DNA of 64,000 bases from Anaeromyxobacteraceae bacterium (GTDB taxonomy: Bacteria > Myxococcota > Myxococcia > Myxococcales > Anaeromyxobacteraceae): contig JASGHJ010000002.1 in assembly GCA_047602405.1 (NCBI GenBank), positions 1,280,001 through 1,344,000 on the forward strand, given 5' to 3'. Positions 44,940-53,520 of this stretch are shown here, piece after piece (positions within the stretch are counted from its first letter, which is position 1; every line of letters starts with the position of its first letter). The position numbers and the translations under genes were made by a program. Under the pieces are notes generated by a model, which did no database searches, was not told the DNA's origin, and saw only the letters and a list, made by a program, of their open reading frames with translations.

Positions 44940-45324
44940 CCGCGGGGGAGAAGCCGCGTTCTCGGGCCTCAGTCCGCAGGTCGAGCTGCCAGGAGCCCTC
45001 CTCCCAGCGTTTCAGCGCCTCTCCGGCCGAGAAAGCAGCGAGCCCCTTGCCCCGCGCGAGTTCCTGCAGGACGCGACGAGCCTCGGCGTGCCGATGGCGG
45101 AGCAGGAATGCGGCGGCCATCACTCGGACGTGGGGTCTCGCCGTGAACATGAGGTGAGCCAGCGCATCGCGCCCCGCGTCACCCAGCGCCCGCAGTTCCT
45201 GGAAAGCTCGGAGGGCGAGCTGCGCGTGCTGGCTGCCGGTCTTCGCGTCGCCCTTCCAGATGGCGTCGGTCTGGGCCGCGACGTTGTCGGCGAAGCTCCT
45301 GACGAGCGTTTCGATCGGCCTCAT
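44908..45324 (-). CDS. DUF2019-like protein (putative polymorphic-toxin immunity protein), orphan
   Basis: FADNVAAQTDAIWKGDAKTG...GDAGRDAL...VRVMAAAFLLRH...ALKRWEEGSWQLD matches the myxobacterial DUF2019 pattern as I recall it. True stop may be the TGA near 44969. Confidence 0.7.
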   Translation of the reverse strand: MRPIETLVRSFADNVAAQTDAIWKGDAKTGSQHAQLALRAFQELRALGDAGRDALAHLMFTARPHVRVMAAAFLLRHRHAEARRVLQELARGKGLAAFSAGEALKRWEEGSWQLDLRTEARERGFSPAATSAQSSYSW

Positions 45325-46040
45325 GGGTCAGCGTCCGCGGCAGGCGCGTGGAGGGACGTATCTGACCGAGGGTGCGGACGGAAGCTCGAGCGGCCCCTTC
45401 GGCCCGCCGCTGCCCAGGGCTCGCAGCGGGTCAGCAACCACGTGCGTGGGGAGGAGACCGCGAAAGGCCGGCCGTCCGGCGCGAGCGCGGCGGCCGTCGA
45501 GAAGCGGTCGGCGTCCGCCTCCTGGACGGGCTCTCCCCGCCGCGAGGCGTGCGAGGCGAAGTTGTCGAGTACGTAGCGGAGCGCGTTCCGGACCTCGGCT
45601 GGGGTCCGGAGCAGGTGTGCGTGGTAGCGGTCCGCGAACACCTGGCCGCGGCGCTCCATCAGCGCGTTGAGCCCCTTCGCGAGACGGCCGGCGAGGGCGC
45701 GCATGCCCTGTGCGAGGGCTCCGGCGTCGGCGGCCTCCACGATGACGTGCAGATGGTTGCCCTGGACCGACAGGTGGATCACGCGGAAGTCCTCGCGGCT
45801 CCTGACGCCCTCGAGCGCAGCGGCGATCACCCGCCACGAACGCAGGCTGCGGAGGTTCCAGACGTGCTCGCGGACGCGGAGGGTCACGTGGACGGGGGTC
45901 CATCTGCCGAATCGGAGCGTGCGCCGATGGGAGACCCCGGGGCGTTCTCCGGAAGCCTTCCGCCCGGCGCCCGCCCGCTCCCCGCCCCAGCCGTTCACGG
46001 GCGGCAGGTCGAATGCGAGCTGCGGAGGGCGGGCGGACAC
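45321..46040 (-). CDS. REP-associated tyrosine transposase-like (Y1 HUH, IS200 superfamily)
   Basis: VHVTLR, HUH motif QGNHLHVIVEA, GQVFADRYHA, catalytic Tyr in NALRYVLDN, N-terminal GGERAGAGRK. Confidence 0.85.
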   Translation of the reverse strand: MSARPPQLAFDLPPVNGWGGERAGAGRKASGERPGVSHRRTLRFGRWTPVHVTLRVREHVWNLRSLRSWRVIAAALEGVRSREDFRVIHLSVQGNHLHVIVEAADAGALAQGMRALAGRLAKGLNALMERRGQVFADRYHAHLLRTPAEVRNALRYVLDNFASHASRRGEPVQEADADRFSTAAALAPDGRPFAVSSPRTWLLTRCEPWAAAGRRGRSSFRPHPRSDTSLHAPAADADP

Positions 46041-46066
46041 GCACGGATTGTCTCACCCGGGCCTGA

Positions 46067-46100
46067 CAACGTCCGCCCAATCAAGTCACTCAAGGTGAAC
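46067..46100 (-). repeat. Right inverted repeat
   Basis: Reverse complement reads GTTCACCTTGAGTGACTTGATTGGGCGGACGTTG. Confidence 0.9.
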
Positions 46101-46135
46101 GTCGACCGTCCCGGGCGGGCCGGCCGACCCGAGGC

Positions 46136-46219
46136 CATCCTTCGACTTCGGGGTGCGCGGGCTGTCCAGGCGCCTCCGGACAGCCCGGGGCGGCGCGCCC
46201 CTACGCTCAGGATGAACGG
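46136..46219. repeat. REP-like nested palindrome (CATCCTTCGACT...CTACGCTCAGGATG)
   Basis: Nested stems CATCCT/AGGATG, GGGGTGCGC/GCGCGCCCC, CGGGCTGTCC/GGACAGCCCG. Confidence 0.6.
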
Positions 46220-46260
46220 CCAGGTGGGTGCTGCGGTACCGCCGCCATTGCTCCGCCCCG

Positions 46261-46332
46261 CTACTCCGCCTTCTTCGACCTCGCGGACGCGGCGAGCGGG
46301 ACCGGCTCCTCGCGCGGCTCGCGGAAGGCCTC
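46261..46332 (-). repeat. Displaced duplicate of the divIVA 3' end (att-like direct repeat of 51436-51507)
   Basis: 66/72 nt identical. Both copies encode EAFREPREEPVPLAASARSKKAE-stop. Confidence 0.92.
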
Positions 46333-46344
46333 CTCCCTCTCCCC

Positions 46345-49176
46345 CTACGGCACCCCCACCGGCGACGGTCGCAGTGCCCCGCCGTCGCCGAGCTGGGAGG
46401 CCGAGTCGTCGCCCCAGGCCCACAGGGTTCCGTCGCGCCTCACCGCGAGGGTGTGCCTGCCGCCGGCGCTCACCGCGGCCCACGTGGCGTCCGTCCCGAT
46501 CTGGACGGGGGCCCTGCGCTCGGCGACGGTGCCGTCGCCGAGCTGGCCCGACGAGTTGTCGCCCCAGGCCCACAGGGTGCCGTTCGCCTTCAGCGCCACG
46601 GTGTGGCTCCACCCGGTCGACACGCCGACCCAGTCCGCGTCGGCGCCGACCTGCGCGGGGACCGTCCGCCCGGTGCGGGTGCCGTCACCGAGCTGGCCGC
46701 TGCCGTTGTAGCCCCAGGCCCAGAGCGAGCCGTCGGCGCGGAGCGCGAGCGTGTGCTTGTTCCCGGCCCACGCGGCGGCCCAGCCCGCGCCGGCGGGGAC
46801 CTGGACCGGCGCGGTGCGGGGGGCCGTCGTGCCGTCGCCGAGCTGGCCGTGCCCGTTCGCCCCGAAGGCCCAGAGCGTGCCGTCGCCCTTCACCGCGACG
46901 GTGTGCTGGTCGCCGGCGGAGGCGGACGCCCAGCTGTCCCCGGCGACCGGGCCCGGCGCCGCGCGCCGCGCGACGGCGGGGTCGCCGAGCTGTCCGGAGG
47001 CGCCGTCGCCCCAGGTCCAGAGCGTCCCGTCCGACCGGACGCCGGCGGTGTGCGCGGTGCCCGCGGACACGGCGAGCCAGGGCCCCGCGTCGATCGTGGC
47101 CGGCCCGAGCTGGAGCTCCCAGCCACCGGTGCCCACCTGGCCGAGGGCGTTCGCTCCCCAGCCGCGGAGCGCGCCGCCTCCGGTGAGCGCCGCGGAGTGG
47201 AGGCTGCCCGCGGAGACCGCGCCCCAGTCGCGCTGGTCCCCGACCTGGGCCGGCGTCCGGTGCGTCGGCAGGGGACCGAGCCCGAGCTGCCCCCGCGCGT
47301 GGTCGCCCCAGGCGTGCAGCGTGCCGTCGCGGGCCAGGCCGAGGGAGTGGAGGCCGCCGAGCGCCACGGCCGCGGCGGGCGCGCCGCCGACGAGCGTCGG
47401 TGTCGCGAGGTCCGCAGTGCCGCCCACGCCGAGCTGCCCGGAGCCGCCCGCGCCCCAGGTGAAGAGCGAGCCGTCCGCCTTGCCCGCCGCCGAGTGCGTC
47501 GCGCCCGCGGCGACAGTCGCCCAGGGGCCACCGGGGACGGACACGGGCCGCGTCCGATCGAGCGAGGACCCGTCGCCGAGCTGGCCGTTGCCGTTCCAGC
47601 CCCACGCCCAGAGCGAGCCGTCGGCGGCGAGCGCGAGCGTGTGGAACCCGCCCGCTGCGACGGCGACGAAGCGCGTGCCGGTCGCCCTCTGGACCGGCGC
47701 GCTCCGGTCGTCGAAGCTCGCGTCTCCGACCTGGCCGTAGAAGTTGAAGCCCCAGACCCAGAGCGAGCCGTCGGCCCTCAGCGCCGCGGAGTGCCCGTCC
47801 CCGGCGGAGACGGCGGTCCAGCTCGCGTCGGTCCCGATCCGGACCGGCGTGCTCCGCGCGGCGGTGCTGCCGTCGCCGAGCTGTCCCGACTCGTTCGCGC
47901 CCCAGGCCCACAGCGTGCCGTCGGCCTTCAGCGCGAGCGAGTGGGAGCCGCCGGCCGCGACCGCGGCCCACTCCCCGGCGGCCCCGACCCGCACCGGTGC
48001 CGGCCGCTCCACCGCGGCCCCGTCCCCGAGCTGGCCCGCGACCCCCTCGCCGAAGGCGAGGAGAGAGCCGTCCGCCCGCAGCGCGAGCGTGTGCGCCCGG
48101 CCCGCGGACACGTGCGACCAGCCGTTCGAGGTCCCCACCTGCCGGGGCGCGTCGGCGCGCGCGGTCGCGCCGAGGCCGAGCTGGCCGCTCGCGCCGTCTC
48201 CCCAGGTCCACAGGGTCCCGTCCGGCCGGATCCCGGCGGAGTGCCGCGCTCCCGCGGCGACCTCGAGCCAGGCGCCGCGGCAGTTCACCACGACGTCCTC
48301 GACGCCTCCGGCGGGCACGAGGCCGGCGCCGGCGGCCACCTCGCACCGCTGGGCGGGCTGCTCCGGCTGCGCGACGACGGTCACCGCGAAGGCCGCGCCC
48401 ACGTCCCGCCCCAGGGCGAACGCGAAGGTCGTCGCTCCCGCGGCGACGGCGAGGTCGGGCAGGCCAGGACAGGCGAGCACGAGCCCGCTCCCGGCGAGGC
48501 CGACCACCGTCCCGCCCACGGTCGCGGTCTCGGGCGGGAGGAACTCGACCGAGGTCCTCGCGACGACCTCGCCGCCCACCTCCGCGCTGACCTCCTGCGT
48601 CCCGGCCACCGGGGACGTGATCCGCGCCGAGGCCTCGCCGGCCGCGTCGGTAGCGCCCGAGGGCGGATTGAGCGTGGCCCCGCCGGAGGCCGCGAACGTC
48701 ACGCGGGTGCCGGGGGCGACGGGGGCGCCACCGGCGTCGAGGACCGTCGCGACGAGCAGCGCCCCCGCGCCGCCCGTCCGCGCCACGCCGGGGATCGCCG
48801 CCAGCACGGAGGTGAGCGGGGAGGGGGCGCCGTGGGCCGGGAGGACCTCGACGTCGACCTCGCGGGAGGCGGACCCGGCGGCGTTGCTCGCGGTGAGCGT
48901 GTAGCGGGTGGTGACGGCGGGGCGCACCACGGTTCCGGCGCCGGAGACGGCGCCGGGCCCGGGCGCGATCGTGACCACGTCGGCCCCGCGCACCGACCAC
49001 GCGAGCGCGGCGGCCTCGCCGGCGCGGATCAGCGCGGGCGTGGCCCTGAACGCCTCGATGACGGGCGGAGCCCCGGGCTCCTGCCCGCCGCCGCCGCAGG
49101 CGGCGAGCCACAGCGCGAGCCCCGCGATCCCGAGCGCCGCCCGGGCCGGGGAGGCGATCGCCGTCCGCGCGCGCAC
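46345..49176 (-). CDS. RCC1-repeat lipoprotein with Ig-like domains
   Basis: Lipobox LAAC. Ig/Big_1-like segments. 13 repeats of VxAGxxHxxxxxxDGxLWxWGxxxxGQLG counted by eye. Confidence 0.9.
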   Translation of the reverse strand: MRARTAIASPARAALGIAGLALWLAACGGGGQEPGAPPVIEAFRATPALIRAGEAAALAWSVRGADVVTIAPGPGAVSGAGTVVRPAVTTRYTLTASNAAGSASREVDVEVLPAHGAPSPLTSVLAAIPGVARTGGAGALLVATVLDAGGAPVAPGTRVTFAASGGATLNPPSGATDAAGEASARITSPVAGTQEVSAEVGGEVVARTSVEFLPPETATVGGTVVGLAGSGLVLACPGLPDLAVAAGATTFAFALGRDVGAAFAVTVVAQPEQPAQRCEVAAGAGLVPAGGVEDVVVNCRGAWLEVAAGARHSAGIRPDGTLWTWGDGASGQLGLGATARADAPRQVGTSNGWSHVSAGRAHTLALRADGSLLAFGEGVAGQLGDGAAVERPAPVRVGAAGEWAAVAAGGSHSLALKADGTLWAWGANESGQLGDGSTAARSTPVRIGTDASWTAVSAGDGHSAALRADGSLWVWGFNFYGQVGDASFDDRSAPVQRATGTRFVAVAAGGFHTLALAADGSLWAWGWNGNGQLGDGSSLDRTRPVSVPGGPWATVAAGATHSAAGKADGSLFTWGAGGSGQLGVGGTADLATPTLVGGAPAAAVALGGLHSLGLARDGTLHAWGDHARGQLGLGPLPTHRTPAQVGDQRDWGAVSAGSLHSAALTGGGALRGWGANALGQVGTGGWELQLGPATIDAGPWLAVSAGTAHTAGVRSDGTLWTWGDGASGQLGDPAVARRAAPGPVAGDSWASASAGDQHTVAVKGDGTLWAFGANGHGQLGDGTTAPRTAPVQVPAGAGWAAAWAGNKHTLALRADGSLWAWGYNGSGQLGDGTRTGRTVPAQVGADADWVGVSTGWSHTVALKANGTLWAWGDNSSGQLGDGTVAERRAPVQIGTDATWAAVSAGGRHTLAVRRDGTLWAWGDDSASQLGDGGALRPSPVGVP

Positions 49177-49184
49177 GCCCCCGC

Positions 49185-51203
49185 CTAGTGGCAGCCGAAG
49201 CAGGCCGACCGGAACACCGGCCGCACGTCGAGGGACCCGTTCCGGTGGAGCGTCGCGCAGGGTGTGCGGCCGCCCGGGTCGCAGGTCGTGGCCGTGCTCA
49301 GGGTCGTGTCGAGGCTCGGGCCGGTGGGCGTCTCGATGCCGAGCGCGTCCGGGTGGCAGAGCTGGCAGCGGTTCCCGCCCGCCGCCCCGTGCCAGCCGCT
49401 GTGCCAGGTGTAGCGTCCGCCGCCCGGCGCGGTGAGGTCGTGGCAGGCCGTGCAGCCGCCGGAGGGCGGCGCGTACCAGGACGGCGTCGTGGCCCCGCCG
49501 CCGTAGGCGGCCGTGGCGAGCACCGGCTCGCCGTCGCCGCCCGGGAAGGCGTAGGTGTACTCGCCGGGCGGGACGGAGTGGCAGGCGACGTTCGAGCAGG
49601 TCTTCGCGATGGGATCGAACGTCGGCGCCGGCAGCGAGGCGCCGGTCGCGGGGCCGGCGGGGTCGAACCCGACCACGCCGATGACGGCGACGTGGCAGGC
49701 GGCGCAGCCGATGTTCCGGGCGAGGTGGAGCGGGTGGGCGCCCGCGGGCAGCGCGGCCACGGTGTGCGGGTCGTGGCAGCCGGTGCACCCGCCCGTCGCG
49801 TCGACGGAGAAGGGGTGACCGGTCACGACCCCGGCCTGGACGTGGCAGCCGACGCAGCTCGCGGCACCCGAGCGCGCCGCGTGGGCGTCGCCGTGGCAGC
49901 CCGCGCAGTTGCCGGGGGTGCCGGGGCCGGACGCGTGGACGGACGCGGCGAAGTCGCTGACGATCTGCGGGGCCGTGGCGTGGCAGCCCGCGCAGAAGCT
50001 CGAGCCGACCGGGTTGCCGCGGGTGGCGAACTTCCAGGTGAAGTCGGTGCTGCTGACGGTGCCGGCCGAGACGTCCCCCGGGTGTCCACCCGCGTTGGCG
50101 CCGACGTGGCACGCGAAGCACATGACGTAGCGGGCCGCGTGGTCGGAGGCGGACCAGTTCGCGAAGACCTGGGTGCTCGCCCCGACGCCGACCGCGGAGT
50201 GACAGCTCTCGCACTGGGTCTGGGCGACGCCCGCCGGGTTCGAGGTCACGATCACGGTGGTGTTGGAGAACGAGCCGCCCGGCTGGACGGTCAGCGTGAA
50301 GGTGTAGGTGCCCTCCGTCGCAGGCGCGACGAAGGTGGTCGCCGCGGCGCCCGGCGGATACAGCGCGACCGGCGCCGGGGTCGAGTTGACCTGCGCCCAG
50401 GCGTAGGAGCTCACGGGCGGCGTCGTCGCGAGGGTGCCGCTGCCGTCCAGGGTGACGAGGGCGCCCGGCCGGACCACCTGGCCGGCGCCGGCCTGCGCGG
50501 TCGGATTGCCCGCGAAGCTCGCGAGCACCTGGATGTCGGAGGTCTGGACGGCGGCGGTCACCTTCACGCTGGCGTTCGCGGCCCAGGGGCCCGTGCATGC
50601 GACGCCGTTGCAGGTGAAGACGGTGGAGCCCGTGACCTGGATGGCCGTGACCTTCCAGCCCGAGATCGGCTGGAACGTCACGGAGGCGGAGTTCCCGTAG
50701 TAGTAGAACGAGGCCGGGGCAGCCGAGACGGAGCCGCCCGGCCCCGCGGTCGGGGTGAGCTTGTACTGCACGGGGGTGAAGCTCGCGGTGATGGCGACCG
50801 TGGCGTTCGCCACCGTGGCCGCCGGGGCAGACCCCGACCACGTCGCGCCGCCCGAGGCGACCGTGACGTTGTTCACCTTCACGTACGAGATCACGTAGCC
50901 GGCGTTCGCGGTCACGGAGACCGGGATCGTGTCGAGGTTGAAGCCGCTCCTCGTCACCGTGCCGCTCGTGCTGGTCTGCCCGGTCATGACAGGCGTCGTC
51001 ATCGAGCCGCCACCGGACATCGCGCGCGCAGAGATCCAGTACGTGTAGCTCGTGACCGCCCCGGAGCTCTGGCCCTGGCCACCCGGCCGGGTGTCGCCCA
51101 CGTCGCAGCCCGCCAGCGCGGCCGCGAGCGCCAGGGTCGCGACGACCCCTGCGCTCCGGCGTCCACTCCGGACGCGGCGAAGACCTCTCGGCTCGATCAT
51201 CAT
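49185..51203 (-). CDS. Multiheme c-type cytochrome lipoprotein (CxxxxCH/CxxCH type)
   Basis: Lipobox LAGC. N-terminal beta-sandwich/PKD-like repeats. 10 CxxCH plus one CSNVACH. Confidence 0.9.
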   Translation of the reverse strand: MMIEPRGLRRVRSGRRSAGVVATLALAAALAGCDVGDTRPGGQGQSSGAVTSYTYWISARAMSGGGSMTTPVMTGQTSTSGTVTRSGFNLDTIPVSVTANAGYVISYVKVNNVTVASGGATWSGSAPAATVANATVAITASFTPVQYKLTPTAGPGGSVSAAPASFYYYGNSASVTFQPISGWKVTAIQVTGSTVFTCNGVACTGPWAANASVKVTAAVQTSDIQVLASFAGNPTAQAGAGQVVRPGALVTLDGSGTLATTPPVSSYAWAQVNSTPAPVALYPPGAAATTFVAPATEGTYTFTLTVQPGGSFSNTTVIVTSNPAGVAQTQCESCHSAVGVGASTQVFANWSASDHAARYVMCFACHVGANAGGHPGDVSAGTVSSTDFTWKFATRGNPVGSSFCAGCHATAPQIVSDFAASVHASGPGTPGNCAGCHGDAHAARSGAASCVGCHVQAGVVTGHPFSVDATGGCTGCHDPHTVAALPAGAHPLHLARNIGCAACHVAVIGVVGFDPAGPATGASLPAPTFDPIAKTCSNVACHSVPPGEYTYAFPGGDGEPVLATAAYGGGATTPSWYAPPSGGCTACHDLTAPGGGRYTWHSGWHGAAGGNRCQLCHPDALGIETPTGPSLDTTLSTATTCDPGGRTPCATLHRNGSLDVRPVFRSACFGCH

Positions 51204-51435
51204 CCCCCCCTGCACCGCAGGTCGACCCACACCTGCCAGCGCCGGACCAACGGGGGAGGCGCGGATCGCGGGCGATCCGGAGGGCTGGCCGGGCAGCGCT
51301 GGGGCATAAGCCCCAGCGGGCCGGCCGGTGGGGCATATCACGCACCCACAGTTCACTGACCGTGAGTCAGACGGCGGGTGTCAGGAACGGACGGTGATTC
51401 ACGTGCGGTGATGGGTCCCGGGCGGCGCCGGGGCG

Positions 51436-51936
51436 CTACTCCGCCTTCTTCGATCGGGCGGAGGCGGCGAGCGGCACGGGCTCCTCGCGCGGCTCGCGGA
51501 AGGCCTCGAGCAGCTTGAGGTGGCTCTCGACGATCATGCGGATGTTGCTCTCGAGCTGGACCCGCTGGCGCTTCAGCTCGTTGATGTCGTCGACGATCCG
51601 GAGGAACCGGCCGTGGGCGCCCTGGACGATCTTCTCCGCCTGGAGCTCGGCGTCGGCGAGGCGGATCTCGGTCTCCTTGCGGGCGGAGTCCTTGATGTCC
51701 TCGGAGGCCTTCTGCGCGGTGACGAGCGTCTCCTGGAGGATGCGCTCCTTCTCGCGGAAGGTGGCGATGTCCTCGGCCTTGCGCTGGTTGTCCTCGCGCA
51801 GGGAGGTGTTCTCCTTCACGAGCGCCTCGAACTCGGTGGCGATCATGGCGAGGAAGGCCTCGACCTCCTCCCGCGCGTAGCCGCGGAAGGCCCGGGGGAA
51901 CTGCTTCTGGGTGATGTCGAGGGGGGTGACGTTCAT
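51436..51936 (-). CDS. divIVA: DivIVA domain protein
   Basis: MNVTPLDITQKQF...FRGY..EEVEAFL followed by coiled coil. Confidence 0.92.
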   Translation of the reverse strand: MNVTPLDITQKQFPRAFRGYAREEVEAFLAMIATEFEALVKENTSLREDNQRKAEDIATFREKERILQETLVTAQKASEDIKDSARKETEIRLADAELQAEKIVQGAHGRFLRIVDDINELKRQRVQLESNIRMIVESHLKLLEAFREPREEPVPLAASARSKKAE

Positions 51937-52074
51937 GGATCGCTCCTGCCGGGCGGGGAGGCCCTTCCCGATGATAACGGGGGAAGGGGGGCTGTCCATT
52001 TCGCCCACCCCGCGCACACCCTCGCACCCGGGGCCCCGGCGCCGGTATGATCCCCGGGACCCCGGACCCCGGAG

Positions 52075-53472
52075 ATGACCGCCCTCCTCGTCCTCTCGCT
52101 GGCCCTCGCGTGCGCGCTCGCCGCGACCGCCGCCACGCTCGGCCGCGCGCGCGCCCGCGTGCGCGTCGCCGAGGAGGCGCTCGGGGCCGCGGGGCGGGAG
52201 CGCGACGACGCGAACCGGGCCGCCGAGGAGACGGTCCGCGCGGCGGAGGCGGAGCGCGCCCGCGCCGAGGAGGCGCGGGCGCTCGCCCGGGCGCAGGCCG
52301 ACGACGCCCAGCGCGCGAAGGACGAGTTCATCGCCACGGTCTCGCACGAGCTCCGCACGCCGCTCAACGCGGTGCTCGGCTGGGCGCGGCTCCTCAGGCT
52401 CGGGCGGATGGACCCCGAGCGCACCGCGCGGGCGGTCGAGGTCATCGAGCGCAGCGCGTCCGCGCAGGCGCAGATCGTCGACGACCTGCTCGACGTGTCG
52501 CGGATCGTGCGCGGCGAGCTGAAGCTCGACGTGCGCCCGCTCGAGCTCCTCACCGTGGTCGAGGCCGCGGTGGAGGCGGTGCGGCCCGCGGCCGAGGCCC
52601 GCGGGATCGGGCTCGGCGCGGCGCTGCTCCCGCACACGGCCCGCGTGGCGGGCGATCCGGGGCGGCTCCAGCAGGTGTTCTGGAACCTGCTCGTGAACGC
52701 GATCAAGTTCACGCCCCCGGGCGGCCGCGTCGAGGTCCGCCTCGAAGAGCGCGGCGACGAGGTGGTCGTCGAGGTCGCCGACACCGGGGCGGGCATCGAC
52801 CCCGCGTTCGCGCCCCACCTCTTCGAGCGGTTCCGTCAGGCCGACTCGTCCTCGACGCGCGTCCACGGCGGCCTCGGGCTGGGCCTGTCGATCGTCCGCC
52901 AGCTCGTGGAGGCGCACGGCGGCACCGCCGGCGCGGCGAGCCCCGGACCGGGGAGGGGATCGGTCTTCACGGTGCGGCTGCCGGCCGTGAAGGGGCGGCC
53001 GCGGCGGAGCGCCTCGTCGCCGGCGGTGGCGCCGGCCGGCCCGGCGCCGCGCGCGGCGCTGGCGCCACTCGACCGGCTGCGGATCCTGGTGGTGGACGAC
53101 GACGAGGACAGCCGCGAGGTCCTCCGCGCGATCCTCGAGGACGCGGGCGCCGCCGTCACGGCCGCCGGCTCGGTCCAGGCGGCGCTCCAGCACTTCGACG
53201 GCGCGCCCCCGGACCTGCTCGTCTCGGACATCGGCATGCCGGGCGAGGACGGCTACGCCCTCATCCGCCGGGTGCGGGCGCTGCCGCCGGAGCGGGGCGG
53301 GCGGGTGCCGGCGGCGGCCCTCACCGCGTACACGCAGGCCGAGGACCGGGAGCACGCGCTGGCGGCGGGGTTCCACGCCTGGCTGACGAAGCCCATCGAG
53401 CCGGCCGACCTCACCGCCGCGGTGGCGCGGCTGGCGGGGAGGGACCCGGAGCACGCCTCGAGGACGGCCTGA
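52075..53472 (+). CDS. Hybrid sensor histidine kinase / response regulator
   Basis: SHELRTPLN, NLLVNAIKFT, DTGAGI, GLGLGLSIV, receiver domain SDIGMP...KP. Confidence 0.93.
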   Translation: MTALLVLSLALACALAATAATLGRARARVRVAEEALGAAGRERDDANRAAEETVRAAEAERARAEEARALARAQADDAQRAKDEFIATVSHELRTPLNAVLGWARLLRLGRMDPERTARAVEVIERSASAQAQIVDDLLDVSRIVRGELKLDVRPLELLTVVEAAVEAVRPAAEARGIGLGAALLPHTARVAGDPGRLQQVFWNLLVNAIKFTPPGGRVEVRLEERGDEVVVEVADTGAGIDPAFAPHLFERFRQADSSSTRVHGGLGLGLSIVRQLVEAHGGTAGAASPGPGRGSVFTVRLPAVKGRPRRSASSPAVAPAGPAPRAALAPLDRLRILVVDDDEDSREVLRAILEDAGAAVTAAGSVQAALQHFDGAPPDLLVSDIGMPGEDGYALIRRVRALPPERGGRVPAAALTAYTQAEDREHALAAGFHAWLTKPIEPADLTAAVARLAGRDPEHASRTA

Positions 53473-53520
53473 AACCGCCCGGCCGCGTGGGGGGTGGCGT
53501 GTTATGTTCCGCCGCCCGCC

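Larger units (their letters stand above)
44906..46100. mobile_element. Inverted-repeat-bounded unit carrying a RAYT/IS200-like HUH nuclease and a DUF2019-like gene
   Basis: 34-bp inverted repeats at 44906-44939 and 46067-46100 (29/34 identical). Codon usage less biased than flanks. Confidence 0.65.
46333..51507 (-). mobile_element. Putative island inserted in the divIVA 3' end (multiheme cytochrome + RCC1 lipoprotein, no integrase)
   Basis: Bracketed by the two 72-bp divIVA 3' end copies. Confidence 0.65.

Noticed and set aside
46345..48280. Periodic DNA repeats as a CRISPR array or DGR template
   Set aside because: They are degenerate in-frame RCC1 protein repeats. No spacers, cas genes or reverse transcriptase.
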